Positions 52,901-61,532 of a stretch of 64,000 nt of DNA are shown one piece after another. This DNA is from Escherichia phage JS98. Both the position numbers and the translations under genes were made by a program. Where the stretch lies: sequence record NC_010105.1; one strand, 5' to 3'. The first letter of the stretch is position 1. Every line of letters begins with the position of its first letter. The notes beneath the pieces are model-generated. The model worked only from the letters and a program-made list of their open reading frames with translations, was not told the DNA's origin and did not search any database.

Positions 52901-53209
52901 CGTTGTAAGTCGGAAATTAAGCTTATAGAGAATGCCCAAGAGAAATCTAAACTCTTAGGTGGTTATACTTATCTGCTTAAAAACTCTGTCACAGATGAAG
53001 TTAAACCATCTGCAGGTTTAATTGCTCAGGAAGTTCAAGAAGTATTGCCTGAACTTGTGACTGAAGATAAAGAGACCGGCTTACTTCGTTTAAACTATAA
53101 CGGTATTATCGGTTTAAATACTGCTACTATCAACGAGCATACTGATGAAATCAAGGAATTGAAATCTGAAATTGCTGAGTTGAAAGCATTAATTAAATCA
53201 TTATTATAA
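49967..53209 (+). CDS. 37: Long tail fibre distal subunit gp37 with C-terminal intramolecular-chaperone-like domain
   Basis: 1080 aa; C-terminal ...[14 protein letters not shown]...GGYTYLLKN...[15 protein letters not shown]... resembles S74-type auto-chaperone domains. Confidence 0.85.
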   Translation: MATLKQIQFKRSKVAGVRPTPAQLAEGELAINLKDRLLFTKDDTGAIIDLGFAKGGNIDGNVIHNGNYNQTGDYTLNGVFTQIGDFNLNGIARVTRDIIAAGQIMTHGGELISKSASTSHLRFFDGNDRERGIIFSPNNAGATNQVVNIRVQDYSTASESTYAFSGNGLFTSPEVSAWKSISSPQVLTDKVITNGKKTGDYDIYSLANNTPFEEGETAINHLRVMRNAVGAGIFHEVNVNDGITWYSGDGLDTYLWSFNWAGGLKAGHSISVGLPGGSKGYSELGTASIALGDNDTGFKWHQDGYFFSVNNGTKTFLSGPAETTSLRKMVMGYSVNGADLTTPPVENYALATVVTYHDNNAYGDGQTLLGYYQGGNYHHYFRGKGTTNVNTAGGLLVTPGNIDVVGGSVNIDGRNNASTLLFRGNTTGNSSVDNMTISVWGNTFTNVAGDRKNVMEISDDVGWMHYIQRKTDGKVEAHLNGTLGVNESINVGKEVNVSGTIAGNAVNALRIWNDDYGAIFRRSETSLHIIPTEFGQGKTGDIGYLRPLSIDLSNGKVVIPDLDLSYASFAANGYIKFGGHGAGAGGYDIQYSQAAPIFQEIDDDAVSKYYPIVKQKFLQGKAVWSLGTEINSGTFVLHHIKEDGTQAHTSRFNADGTVNFPDNVQVGGGEATIARNGNIWSDIWKTFTSAGDVTNIRDAIASRVAKEGDTMTGRLTLNANSDAIVINSAATESGYVKGQKAGVDNWYVGNGGADNALSFYSFRTNSGVNIHNSGEIALAPQGSDTFYFNRDRLYIKGSQWAAHQAGDWGNQWKQEAPVFVDFGNVGNDSYYPIIKGKSGITNEGFVSGVDFGMRRITNTWAQGIIRVGNQENGSDPQAIYEFHSNGTFYAPSLLKSNRVSAGGGDPVWGGPCIVIGDNDTGLVWEADGIFNAYANGQGVFSFRAGLAQTFFNVALHCNAGMYVRDNIDVNDVYIRSDIRCKSEIKLIENAQEKSKLLGGYTYLLKNSVTDEVKPSAGLIAQEVQEVLPELVTEDKETGLLRLNYNGIIGLNTATINEHTDEIKELKSEIAELKALIKSLL

Positions 53210-53212
53210 GAA

Positions 53213-53228
53213 AGGGCCCTCGGGCCCT
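53213..53228 (+). other. Hairpin AGGGCC-CTCG-GGCCCT between genes 37 and 38, immediately 5' of the gene 38 SD
   Basis: Perfect stem; followed by GGAGGTTTTT ATG. Confidence 0.45.
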
Positions 53229-53238
53229 GGAGGTTTTT

Positions 53239-54027
53239 ATGGCAGTAGTAGGAATTCCCGGTTGGATTGGAACATCAGCAGTGGCTGAAACAGGTCAACG
53301 TTGGATGACAGCAGCTTCTAGAGAATTGCGTCTTGGTAACCCATCTTGGATGTCGCAATTTGCTGGTCGGTCCCGTGAGATTATTCACACCCTTGGCGCA
53401 GACCACAACTTTAACGGGCAATGGTTTAGAGACCGTTGTTTTGAAGCCGGTGCCGCACCTATTGTGTTTAATATCACCGGTGATTTAGTATCTTATACTA
53501 AAGATGTTCCATTGTTCTTTATGTACGGTGATACCCCTAATGAATACGTTACTTTGAATATTCACGGCGGGGTCCATATGTGGGGACGTGGTGGTAACGG
53601 TGGGACCCGTGTTTGGATAGCAGGTACAAATGGTGGTGATGTAATTCAAAACGACATTGGAGGCCGACTCCGTATCTGGAACTATGGCGTTATAGCTTCA
53701 GGTGGTGGCGGCGGCGCCGGATGTGCTTCAAATAACTCTTGGCTTGAAGCAGGTACAGCCGGTGGCGGCGGTGGTAGACCATATGGATTAGGTGGTACTA
53801 ATGGCGCCGTAATGCCTGGCGGCAACGCTAGTTATACCGGACCAGGTGGCGGTGGTAGCTTTGGCGGACAGTGGGGTGGTGGTAATGGTGGCGACGCAGG
53901 CGGGGCTGGTGGCGGCGCTTACGGTCGAAACGTTAAATACGGCTCGCAAGGCGGAGCCGGGCGCGCGGTATTCGGAAGTTCTCCTTCATGGGGCGCTACA
54001 GGCACTATCTACGGCTCATGGTTATAG
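53239..54027 (+). CDS. 38: Receptor-recognising adhesin gp38 (T2-type, glycine-rich motifs)
   Basis: 262 aa; conserved N-terminus [11 protein letters not shown]; C-terminal half has multiple poly-Gly blocks separated by short variable segments. Confidence 0.85.
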   Translation: MAVVGIPGWIGTSAVAETGQRWMTAASRELRLGNPSWMSQFAGRSREIIHTLGADHNFNGQWFRDRCFEAGAAPIVFNITGDLVSYTKDVPLFFMYGDTPNEYVTLNIHGGVHMWGRGGNGGTRVWIAGTNGGDVIQNDIGGRLRIWNYGVIASGGGGGAGCASNNSWLEAGTAGGGGGRPYGLGGTNGAVMPGGNASYTGPGGGGSFGGQWGGGNGGDAGGAGGGAYGRNVKYGSQGGAGRAVFGSSPSWGATGTIYGSWL

Positions 54028-54038
54028 TACATAAGCGC

Positions 54039-54046
54039 TATAAATA
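54039..54046 (+). promoter_or_regulatory. Late promoter TATAAATA (holin t)
   Basis: Exact motif about 20 nt upstream of the t ATG. Confidence 0.6.
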
Positions 54047-54064
54047 TCTTTAAAGGAGAAAAGT

Positions 54065-54718
54065 ATGGAACCAAAAGTAGGAATATCAATACCCGACCTA
54101 CTTTTTGGACTTCTTGATAGAATTTTTAAAGATAATGCGACCGGGAAAGTTGTTTTTTCCCGGGTACTAGTTATTGTTCTATTATTTTTAATGGCGGTAA
54201 TCTGGTATAAAGGTGATGCACTTTTAGATGCGTACAGGGATGCTTCATATGCCTCATACACTGAAATGATAAGGCAAGACCAGGATAACAGATTTAAAAT
54301 TGCAGCTATCGAGCAAATCCAGATAGTCCACTCGTCAAGTGGAGCAGACTTTACAGCAATATATTCTTTTAGGCCAACCAACCTTAACTACTTTGTGGAT
54401 ATGGTGGGATATGAGGGGATATTGCCTGATACAGTCGACGAAAAAAATTTAGGTGGGTTTCCAATAGATAAAACTTCGGCGGAATATTTGGCGGGGGTTA
54501 ATGGTAATTATTTTGAATCCAGTACGGAATCTGTATTCTTACCAACAAAGAAAAAAAGCAGCTTCGCATATATGTTCAGCTGCCCGTTCTTTAATTTGGA
54601 AAACGTTTATGCAGGCACAGTCTCGCTGTACTGGTATAAGCAAAAACCTAACCTTGGTTTTGATAGGCTTTCTGCTATGTGTGGACAAGCAGGTCGTACG
54701 CTTGGGCGTACACGTTAG
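54065..54718 (+). CDS. t: Holin T
   Basis: 217 aa; matches recalled T4 holin T (LDRIFKDNATGKV, single N-terminal TM, PTKK). Confidence 0.9.
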   Translation: MEPKVGISIPDLLFGLLDRIFKDNATGKVVFSRVLVIVLLFLMAVIWYKGDALLDAYRDASYASYTEMIRQDQDNRFKIAAIEQIQIVHSSSGADFTAIYSFRPTNLNYFVDMVGYEGILPDTVDEKNLGGFPIDKTSAEYLAGVNGNYFESSTESVFLPTKKKSSFAYMFSCPFFNLENVYAGTVSLYWYKQKPNLGFDRLSAMCGQAGRTLGRTR

Positions 54719-54990
54719 AATCCGGAGGTATACATCATAAGATAACGGTGTATATCTTCGAATCCTTCGTTAAATTGTTCAATAATTTGTTCAATTTCAT
54801 CTTCAGATAAACTTTTAAACAACTTGTTAAACGATACATTGTTTAACTCATTCCCATTCTCATTTCTCAATCCCAACTCATTCAAAAACGCGATAAACAC
54901 ATCGCGCTTCATCGTAATATCTTCCCGGTCGGTTTTAATCAAAATTGAAGTTATAGTAACAATTTCAGAAACGATTTCAAATTTAGTCAT
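54715..54990 (-). CDS. asiA: Anti-sigma70 factor AsiA
   Basis: Matches recalled T4 AsiA (ITSILIK..REDI, FIAFLNE, EQFNEGFE..YRYL.MYT); ATG at 54990 (track start 55005 is TTG). Confidence 0.85.
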   Translation of the reverse strand: MTKFEIVSEIVTITSILIKTDREDITMKRDVFIAFLNELGLRNENGNELNNVSFNKLFKSLSEDEIEQIIEQFNEGFEDIHRYLMMYTSGF

Positions 54991-55040
54991 TTTTAATTTA
55001 CTCAAGTATTCAATAAGACATTCAATTATTCAGTAAGGGT

Positions 55041-55069
55041 ATTATACTATTATTCCTCTGGGTTGTACA
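55041..55069 (-). promoter_or_regulatory. Candidate early promoter of asiA (TGTACA-N17-TATAAT)
   Basis: rc motif with consensus -10 but imperfect -35. Confidence 0.35.
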
Positions 55070-55214
55070 CATGATTTTCCATCTGTACAACATATTCCTG
55101 ATACATCTGTTCAACTGGTTCCTGGAACTTAAAATCTGCTCCAAGGAATTCCTCAAAGCAAGACTGTTCGCGTGTACGCTGGCCAGTAATGGTGTTCTCT
55201 AAGTTATGACTCAT
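55050..55214 (-). CDS. Small protein (asiA.1 position)
   Basis: Manually read 54 aa ORF MSHNLENTITGQRTREQSCFEEFLGADFKFQEPVEQMYQEYVVQMENHVYNPEE. Confidence 0.4.
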   Translation of the reverse strand: MSHNLENTITGQRTREQSCFEEFLGADFKFQEPVEQMYQEYVVQMENHVYNPEE

Positions 55215-55303
55215 AATGATTCCCCTTGTGCTTCTGCTTACGTTTGGACTGCATTTCAGTTTTCTTCTTATCCTTATGGACAGACGCCTTATTGAAATCG
55301 TGC

Positions 55304-55582
55304 TTAGCTACCAGGTTGTTCATGCAATTCCCTTAATTTGTATTCAAGATAGTTAATAATTGCTTTATTTGTTGCAATATACATATCACGTAGGAAGGGT
55401 TTCAGACCTTCTCTAACTCTATACGTGTTATCACTAATATCCTTTATATATTCATGGTCTAAAGCATCCCAAGCCGGTTGGTTGACATAAGTTCCCCAGT
55501 TGTCTTCAACCATAACATTCAGGCGTTTAATATGGTTGATATGGGCTTCGATTGCATCAATCTGGAGTTGTTTAAGATTCAT
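55304..55582 (-). CDS. arn: Arn, anti-restriction nuclease
   Basis: 92 aa (T4 Arn is 92 aa) at the T4 position between asiA and motA. Confidence 0.7.
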   Translation of the reverse strand: MNLKQLQIDAIEAHINHIKRLNVMVEDNWGTYVNQPAWDALDHEYIKDISDNTYRVREGLKPFLRDMYIATNKAIINYLEYKLRELHEQPGS

Positions 55583-56070
55583 TAGTAAAGGTCCTCAGAG
55601 TAAAGTTCTTTTTCACTACCACCACGTTCAATACGAACTTGATTAGCATATGTTGCAATAATCATTGCTTCTTCGCGAGTCCAATAATTTGAGTATTGGT
55701 CGATAAATCCTTGGTCATCACCGCAAACATGCTCTGACACAAGTTTATCACTTACTTGGTCAAGCACTTCTGCCATATCTTTTGAATAATGACGAGCTCC
55801 TGGAATAACCAGAGTCCCACCGTCTTTTAACTTAAAGCGATTGGCTGCGCATACAATTCGACGTTGGTATTTTTCATTGTTATTCCAATGAGCAATCTGC
55901 CAACAGATTTCAGGAACCTCTTCCAAAACATCCTCTTCCGAATATTCAGTGTAGTCACCGTAGGCCCGTAATTTGGCCGCTAAGCTTTCAGGCGTCTCGC
56001 GAGAAAGAGCTTTATCTAATAAAGCCATACGGTCTTTAAAGGATAATTCTTTACCTTTTAATGGGTTCAT
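55582..56070 (-). CDS. Hypothetical protein (arn.x), tentative macro-domain-like motif
   Basis: 162 aa; [24 protein letters not shown] loosely resembles a macro-domain NAAN...GGG block; weak. Confidence 0.4.
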   Translation of the reverse strand: MNPLKGKELSFKDRMALLDKALSRETPESLAAKLRAYGDYTEYSEEDVLEEVPEICWQIAHWNNNEKYQRRIVCAANRFKLKDGGTLVIPGARHYSKDMAEVLDQVSDKLVSEHVCGDDQGFIDQYSNYWTREEAMIIATYANQVRIERGGSEKELYSEDLY

Positions 56071-56414
56071 TTGAAAATCACCTTATGGCCGTTATCTTTA
56101 GCAAATTCTTGAATTTTGGTGGCTGTTTCAATTAAATCACCTTTATAATAGGATGATAATTTAATATCGACCGATTGGCCAGCACCATGCGAAGTTATGT
56201 TTACCTTTTCTATAAAAATAATCTCAAGAAACCGCAATAACTGCATACCGAATTCAAGATGAACATTGTCAATATGAAGGTTGAGTTGGTAAATTTTCTT
56301 AATACCGTTTACTAAAGCTACACGCTCGTCCCAATCATTACGCTGCTCTTCAATCAATTTAAGGGAATGACCTTCACCGTCCCAGTTAAGTTCCATCGGA
56401 ATCATTTGAACCAT
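56067..56414 (-). CDS. Hypothetical protein (arn.x)
   Basis: 115 aa ORF. Confidence 0.5.
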   Translation of the reverse strand: MVQMIPMELNWDGEGHSLKLIEEQRNDWDERVALVNGIKKIYQLNLHIDNVHLEFGMQLLRFLEIIFIEKVNITSHGAGQSVDIKLSSYYKGDLIETATKIQEFAKDNGHKVIFK

Positions 56415-56731
56415 CCTTTAACACGTTGCCATAAAGTTTTCTGTTGAGCTTTATTAACACCAATTGAACGAATAACAGGTTGTGATTCCTGGTATTCTTT
56501 GTAGTCGGCTTTATAGACTTCATAAGCAGCCGGAACAAAGGTGCTGATGGCTGCCATAAAGTTCTTACGAATTCCCATAGAAGCTTCAGAACCACCACGG
56601 ATGATTAAGTATTTACCCGCTTTAATCTTGACAATAGTTCCAAGATAAGCGCCATGGTACCAAATATCCCAACCTTCTTGAGTAGGTTCTGCACAACGAC
56701 GAAGTTCATTAACAATATTCAGCTTGTTCAT
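56402..56731 (-). CDS. Hypothetical protein (arn.x)
   Basis: 109 aa ORF. Confidence 0.5.
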   Translation of the reverse strand: MNKLNIVNELRRCAEPTQEGWDIWYHGAYLGTIVKIKAGKYLIIRGGSEASMGIRKNFMAAISTFVPAAYEVYKADYKEYQESQPVIRSIGVNKAQQKTLWQRVKGWFK

Positions 56732-56749
56732 AATAATTTCCTCAGTCAG

Positions 56750-57382
56750 TTAAATTGCGTTGGTTACGGTTTTGATAACTTCAGATGATACGTTTTGGAA
56801 GTCGATATAAGTATTCTTACCACCGGTCTTAATCTTAACATCAAGATTCAAAGAAGTAAACACTTGTTTTTCTTTATCGGTCATATTATAACCGAAGATA
56901 CGCATCATTCCGTCACGACGGACTTCGATTTGACGAATACCATTGGTACGTTTAGCGAATCGAACTTCAATATTGCTACGGTTTTCAGCGATTTCACGAA
57001 TCTCGATACGGTCTTCTAACAAAGATTTAACTTCATCAGCCAATACTACCATTTCAGGAGTAACACCACGTGAACTGCGAGTTTTACGTTTTTCCAACAT
57101 CTCTGGAGCATTTTCAGAAGCGAACAGGTCGGCAGCTTTTTGAACTAGGTCCATTGCTTCACCTGTAGCCACCAGTCCATCACCAGATTTTTCGATGAAT
57201 CCTTTCTTAATCAATACACCGATGTTAGAGTTAACTACCGCTGCACTAAATTGTTCACTCAGGGCTTCACGGACTTCGCCTGAAGTGATGAAGTTATGCT
57301 TGATGATATGTACTAAGATTGAAGCGGTTTTTTCATTCAGGGCGTCTTCAGAAGCTTTGATGATATAAGTAATTTTAGACAT
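56750..57382 (-). CDS. motA: MotA middle-transcription activator
   Basis: 210 aa; matches recalled T4 MotA (MSK.TYIIKAS, NSNIGVLIKKG..EKSGDGL, KRTNGIR, RIFGY). Confidence 0.9.
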   Translation of the reverse strand: MSKITYIIKASEDALNEKTASILVHIIKHNFITSGEVREALSEQFSAAVVNSNIGVLIKKGFIEKSGDGLVATGEAMDLVQKAADLFASENAPEMLEKRKTRSSRGVTPEMVVLADEVKSLLEDRIEIREIAENRSNIEVRFAKRTNGIRQIEVRRDGMMRIFGYNMTDKEKQVFTSLNLDVKIKTGGKNTYIDFQNVSSEVIKTVTNAI

Positions 57383-57405
57383 TTTAATCTCCGATAACCA
57401 TTTAT

Positions 57406-57445
57406 TTGATAGGTCTATAGTATCATGTTTAAAGCAGAAGTAAAC
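57406..57445 (-). promoter_or_regulatory. T4-type early promoter of motA (40 bp identical to 57731-57770)
   Basis: ttgataggtctatagtatcatgtttaaagcagaagtaaac; rc gives GTTTAC, 17 nt, TACTAT. Confidence 0.6.
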
Positions 57446-57486
57446 TTTATTTTGAGCTCTTTTTCAAGAGCTCTGGTAAAAATTAC

Positions 57487-57702
57487 TTAGATTGATAGGT
57501 CTTTAATCTCAGCGATTAAAGCAGCTTTTCTTTCACGAAGTTTTTCCAGTTCACGACCATTAGAGCCGCGAACTACTAAGGAATTTATCTCCACTTCCAA
57601 CCAATTTAGTTTTTCAACTAGTTCTTTACGTTTGGCATTCATACCAGGTTTAACTTTACCGAAACGGATGGTAGCGTTTTGGGTATTTTTCATCTTATTC
57701 AT
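57487..57702 (-). CDS. Hypothetical protein (motA.1 position)
   Basis: 71 aa basic coiled-coil-like ORF with own promoter. Confidence 0.5.
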   Translation of the reverse strand: MNKMKNTQNATIRFGKVKPGMNAKRKELVEKLNWLEVEINSLVVRGSNGRELEKLRERKAALIAEIKDLSI

Positions 57703-57730
57703 TTTTGTGTCTCCATTTCACTCTGTTGTT

Positions 57731-57770
57731 TTGATAGGTCTATAGTATCATGTTTAAAGCAGAAGTAAAC
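57731..57770 (-). promoter_or_regulatory. T4-type early promoter (duplicate of the motA promoter)
   Basis: Identical 40-mer to 57406-57445. Confidence 0.6.
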
Positions 57771-57795
57771 ACTTTTTTCACTAAACCCAAAAAAA

Positions 57796-57811
57796 GGAAC
57801 CCGAAGGTTCC
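57796..57811 (-). terminator. Intrinsic terminator GGAACC-UUCG-GGUUCC + U7 after gene 52
   Basis: Perfect stem; AAAAAAA on + strand gives a U-tract on the - transcript. Confidence 0.7.
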
Positions 57812-57912
57812 TTACTTTTTAAAGTGGGCCGCTATTAAACCTATAGCTATGCCCGTTGCCAGGCCTAGGATAACAGCAAAGATACAGAGTAACAAGAACT
57901 CGACTCCAAGGC

Positions 57913-59241
57913 TCATAGAGCCTCCAAATCTTTAACATACTCGGTTACAACATCAGTGGTTTTCCAGTATTGATGCTCTTCCTTCTTAGCCTTGGCTTCC
58001 AAAGCCAGTTTCTTAGCTTCATCGGACGTGATATGGAAAATATTCATTGCTACGAGTTTATCAGCGTATTCACCATAGACTTTATTGCTGGCCAATTCTT
58101 CGGTTAAAACCTTACGGGTCTTACCTTGGATAACCACTACGCCATCAATAACATCTTTGATAAATGTGGCTTTAGCCAATGCCAGTTTGAAAGCTTCTTC
58201 GGTTTCGATGATTTTACCATCAATACGTTTTTGTACAAAGGTCTTACGGACCTCAACGAAATCACGAATCAGTTCAACTACATCTTCGTAAACCTTAAGT
58301 TTACCTTTCTCATTAATGACGGTCAGGTTTTGCGAACGACGTTCGATTAACCCGAAGTCCTTCATGATTTTTTCATGCTTCTTATTTTCTTCAGTAGGCA
58401 ATTCATATTCTTTACGAATCTTAACCTTGAAGCCGAAACCATTCTCGTCACAGTCGTCATCATACGTGATATACCCTTTGTCTTCTAAAGGGTCCAGTAC
58501 CTTGGCCACATACGTTTCACGGTCGTATTTGTACGGGATTTCTGTGATATGCATTTGGGTTCGAGATGTGAACTTATACGTGCCTCGTAGTTCATAACTA
58601 CCCGGTTCAATCTCAACCACATCACCACGGAATTCCGGATAAGCCACCTTAGGCTTGGTTACGCGTTTTTCTTGAAGAACCTGCAATACAGCTTTCTTAA
58701 CAGAATCAAAACTATGAGGAAGAATATTAGTTGCATAACCAGTTGCAATACCGGAAATACCATTAAGAAGAACAGTAGGAATAATAGGCAGATAAAAAGC
58801 TGGTGGCTTATGTTCGACATCCGCATGAACCGGAGCATATTCTGTATCCTTATAAACCTTTGCGAAATTAGTTCCAATTCGTGCAAAAATATAACGAGAG
58901 GCTGCCGCCTTTTGAACTAATCGAGAACCAAAGTTACCTTGGCCATCCAACAGCGGGAAGTTGTTGTTCCATGTGTTAGCCATCAAAGCCCCTGCTTCTT
59001 GAGCAGAACCTTCACCGTGGTGATAACCAAGGTCGGCTACACCACCTGCAATAGAAGCCAGTTTGTGGAATTTTTCTTTATTACCACGAGCCATATCAAG
59101 ACAACGAGCAACTACAAAACGTTGTACAGGTTTAAAGCCATCAATCATATTTGGAATGGCTCGGTTTTCGACAGTATACATTGCATAAGCCAATGCTTCA
59201 TTGTCGATAATACTTTTTAAACCACGAGATGTTAATTCCAT
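57913..59241 (-). CDS. 52: DNA topoisomerase II medium subunit gp52
   Basis: 442 aa (same as T4 gp52); GyrA-like N-terminal cleavage-religation region. Confidence 0.9.
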   Translation of the reverse strand: MELTSRGLKSIIDNEALAYAMYTVENRAIPNMIDGFKPVQRFVVARCLDMARGNKEKFHKLASIAGGVADLGYHHGEGSAQEAGALMANTWNNNFPLLDGQGNFGSRLVQKAAASRYIFARIGTNFAKVYKDTEYAPVHADVEHKPPAFYLPIIPTVLLNGISGIATGYATNILPHSFDSVKKAVLQVLQEKRVTKPKVAYPEFRGDVVEIEPGSYELRGTYKFTSRTQMHITEIPYKYDRETYVAKVLDPLEDKGYITYDDDCDENGFGFKVKIRKEYELPTEENKKHEKIMKDFGLIERRSQNLTVINEKGKLKVYEDVVELIRDFVEVRKTFVQKRIDGKIIETEEAFKLALAKATFIKDVIDGVVVIQGKTRKVLTEELASNKVYGEYADKLVAMNIFHITSDEAKKLALEAKAKKEEHQYWKTTDVVTEYVKDLEAL

Positions 59242-59245
59242 AATT

Positions 59246-59386
59246 TTACCATACTAGTGAATGAATAGCCATAATAACATCGGAAATAAAAAGCACAACT
59301 TGGATAAGACCGAATATTACTCCATAATACAGTGCTACCAATAAAGCAGCAAGGGCCACCGAGTAGCCCAAGATTTTCTTAATCAT
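59246..59386 (-). CDS. Small membrane peptide, 46 aa (52.1-like)
   Basis: Manually read [46 protein letters not shown]; ATG overlaps the upstream stop. Confidence 0.45.
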   Translation of the reverse strand: MIKKILGYSVALAALLVALYYGVIFGLIQVVLFISDVIMAIHSLVW

Positions 59387-59540
59387 TTTTAATCATCTTA
59401 AGTAAACCGACAAAAGTAGAAAGAACCCAGCCAATAAACAGAAAACTTAAGAATACCGGACCAGGGGTCCACACGCCTAAAAAGAAGCAAACCGAACAGA
59501 CTATAGCCGTAATAAGTTCAATAAAAACTATGATAATCAT
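59379..59540 (-). CDS. Small membrane peptide, 53 aa (ac-like cargo A)
   Basis: Manually read MIIIVFIELITAIVCSVCFFLGVWTPGPVFLSFLFIGWVLSTFVGLLKMIKND; preceded by hairpin + UAAUGAGGAAAAU SD. Confidence 0.45.
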   Translation of the reverse strand: MIIIVFIELITAIVCSVCFFLGVWTPGPVFLSFLFIGWVLSTFVGLLKMIKND

Positions 59541-59550
59541 ATTTTCCTCA

Positions 59551-59628
59551 TTAGCGTCCGAAGACGCCTTTAGTTTTAAGATTGTTACGATAGAACTGCA
59601 TCACATGTTCGTTATGGGAATTACTCCG
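59551..59628 (-). pseudogene. stp-like copy lacking a start codon
   Basis: rc encodes (R)[24 protein letters not shown] in the stp frame, but the first codon is CGG and no in-frame ATG lies upstream. Confidence 0.5.
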
Positions 59629-59689
59629 TAATACAGTGTTACCAATAAAGAAGAAAGGGCTACCGAGTAACCCAAGATTTCTTAATCAT
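59625..59689 (-). pseudogene. Truncated, frameshifted copy of the 46 aa membrane-peptide gene
   Basis: About 89 percent identical to 59321-59386 with a 1 nt deletion; reads MIKKSWVTR*. Confidence 0.5.
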
Positions 59690-59835
59690 TTTTTGGTAAA
59701 GGCCTGTAGAATCAGAACAAATGCCAATATGAATTGTGGAATGGCCTGAGAAATGACCGAAGTTTCACCCGTTGTAATAGTCCAAATACCTAGATAAGTC
59801 CAAATACCCGCAGCAAAACCTTGTAAAATATTCAT
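59686..59835 (-). CDS. Small membrane peptide, 49 aa (cargo B)
   Basis: Manually read MNILQGFAAGIWTYLGIWTITTGETSVISQAIPQFILAFVLILQAFTKK; preceded by hairpin + UGAGGAAAAU SD. Confidence 0.45.
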   Translation of the reverse strand: MNILQGFAAGIWTYLGIWTITTGETSVISQAIPQFILAFVLILQAFTKK

Positions 59836-59842
59836 ATTTTCC

Positions 59843-59923
59843 TCAAGGGCGTCCGAAGACACCAGTTAATTTCAGATTATGACGGTGCCATTGCATCACA
59901 TGTTCATTATGGAAGTTACTCAT
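59843..59923 (-). CDS. stp: Stp peptide (26 aa)
   Basis: rc encodes [26 protein letters not shown], matching recalled T4 Stp ([26 protein letters not shown]) at 20 of 26 positions. Confidence 0.7.
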   Translation of the reverse strand: MSNFHNEHVMQWHRHNLKLTGVFGRP

Positions 59924-60089
59924 AGATACCACACATTTTGCATAAACGTTCAAAACAGATATAACCACCACATAAACACATCATGACGGCAACTTTATCA
60001 TTAAAGGGCATACCGAAAGCCATAAAGGCTCCGGTAACTACTAATAAAGCTAAAACAAATAGATAACCCATTACAAAGAACGTTCTCAT
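59916..60089 (-). CDS. Small cysteine-rich membrane peptide, 57 aa
   Basis: Manually read [57 protein letters not shown]; abuts the ndd stop. Confidence 0.4.
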   Translation of the reverse strand: MRTFFVMGYLFVLALLVVTGAFMAFGMPFNDKVAVMMCLCGGYICFERLCKMCGIYE

Positions 60090-60090
60090 A

Positions 60091-60540
60091 TTAATAACTC
60101 TGTAGAACGAATTTAAAGTTATCAGCCAACATGCGGTTCATTTCTTCCAGGGTCTGAAGGTCGGAACTATGGTTGCGAGTGAAAGCCATTGCAATTTGAC
60201 CCTTACCAAAACCTGTAGTCAGTGGTTTCATTTTAGAAGCAGGTACATAAAGAACTTCATACACTACACCATTCACAGCCATAGTACGAGCTGATTGAGA
60301 ACGTTTCTTACGGATGTTAGCTACAATACCATCAAGACCTTGAGCTGAACGTTGGTTGCCGACATAAAAGCGTGCAGCTACGACACGAGAATCTGCTTCA
60401 CCTTTAACAAAGAAGTAGAAGCCTGGTTGAGCCGAGATTTCTTTAGAAGGCTTACCATTTTGGTATTCGCCATTCTTAACATAAGCAACAGTAGTAGCAC
60501 CAGCAGACAGAACGTTACCGCGAGTCATATAAGTATTCAT
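60091..60540 (-). CDS. ndd: Ndd nucleoid disruption protein
   Basis: 149 aa; matches recalled T4 Ndd ([51 protein letters not shown]). Confidence 0.9.
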   Translation of the reverse strand: MNTYMTRGNVLSAGATTVAYVKNGEYQNGKPSKEISAQPGFYFFVKGEADSRVVAARFYVGNQRSAQGLDGIVANIRKKRSQSARTMAVNGVVYEVLYVPASKMKPLTTGFGKGQIAMAFTRNHSSDLQTLEEMNRMLADNFKFVLQSY

Positions 60541-60589
60541 ATCAATTTCCTCAGTAGATTAATGTTTTGTTATCCAGTCAACGAGAACC

Positions 60590-60618
60590 ATTATAACATG
60601 ATTCTCGAGGTTGTAAAC
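60590..60618 (-). promoter_or_regulatory. T4-type early promoter of ndd (GTTTAC-N17-TATAAT)
   Basis: rc gives consensus -35 and -10. Confidence 0.6.
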
Positions 60619-60962
60619 TATTTTTGTAGCTGTTCTAAAATAAATCCGCTTGTATAAAAGGAAGCATTATATACCTTATTCAGTGGGTTCAAAGCGCGTC
60701 CATAGGTATCACGTAATTCTTTGATAACGTTTTCATAACTCACGTAGTAAGCACTATGATAACCAGGGTCCATACTCATACGAAATTTAATGAACCGATA
60801 AAAGCCTGTTTCCGGGTCTTGAACGAAAACGAAATCAGCACTCGTCATAATCTTTGAATGTACGCCGGGAATCATACTTTGATTGAATGCCACCGATGCA
60901 TCCTGAAGGCTGAGTTGTTTAAAGAACATTACCTTAGCATTACCAAAAAATACTTTAGACAT
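60618..60962 (-). CDS. Hypothetical protein (ndd.x)
   Basis: 114 aa ORF. Confidence 0.5.
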   Translation of the reverse strand: MSKVFFGNAKVMFFKQLSLQDASVAFNQSMIPGVHSKIMTSADFVFVQDPETGFYRFIKFRMSMDPGYHSAYYVSYENVIKELRDTYGRALNPLNKVYNASFYTSGFILEQLQK

Positions 60963-60976
60963 GATAATTTCCTCAA

Positions 60977-61222
60977 TTATTCAGGGTCAACTGCACCATC
61001 CCACAGGTCAACTTCTTCTGATAATTCCATCAGTTCATCAACCGTGAAACACTCGGTATTATTTTCAATAGCAAAACGCTTTTGATAAAAAGGATAATCC
61101 AAACAGTTTTCAGTACGAATGGGCCGCTCGCTATTATCCATTAAAGGAGAAATACGAATCAATTGTTGACCATTACCTAAGACAAATTTTTCACCAACTG
61201 CGATATCTTTAAAAAGTTTCAT
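60977..61222 (-). CDS. Hypothetical protein (ndd.x)
   Basis: 81 aa ORF. Confidence 0.5.
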   Translation of the reverse strand: MKLFKDIAVGEKFVLGNGQQLIRISPLMDNSERPIRTENCLDYPFYQKRFAIENNTECFTVDELMELSEEVDLWDGAVDPE

Positions 61223-61238
61223 AATATTTTCCTAAGAA

Positions 61239-61427
61239 TTAAAGAACTTCTTCAATTTGAATGTATTCGCTATATCCTTCCTCGATGAGGATATCGCGGG
61301 CGCAGTCAGCGCTGATATAAAAATTAAAGCTAACGGTAGTAATCACTTTACCGTGCAGCTTTACTTTATAAATTCGATTACCCATAATATTTTCCTCAGA
61401 AGTTAAAGAATACACGTACATGGTCAA
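61239..61427 (-). CDS. Hypothetical protein (likely start at the internal ATG near 61385)
   Basis: The internal ATG is preceded by UGAGGAAAAUAUU SD. Confidence 0.45.
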   Translation of the reverse strand: MTMYVYSLTSEENIMGNRIYKVKLHGKVITTVSFNFYISADCARDILIEEGYSEYIQIEEVL

Positions 61428-61506
61428 TCATAAAAACGATTGGGAAAATGCTCAATACCATTAACAACACAAACATGTTCCAAATTGCTTTAAGTAAGTT
61501 TTTCAT
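61396..61506 (-). CDS. Small membrane peptide, 36 aa
   Basis: Manually read MKNLLKAIWNMFVLLMVLSIFPIVFMIDHVRVFFNF; own early promoter. Confidence 0.35.
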   Translation of the reverse strand: MKNLLKAIWNMFVLLMVLSIFPIVFMIDHVRVFFNF

Positions 61507-61532
61507 AATCATCTCCATTAGTTGATAGGTCT

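Noticed and set aside
53700-53960. Glycine-rich stretches in gene 38 as simple-sequence repeats or slippage tracts
   Set aside because: They are in frame and correspond to the known glycine-rich motif architecture of T2-type gp38 adhesins.
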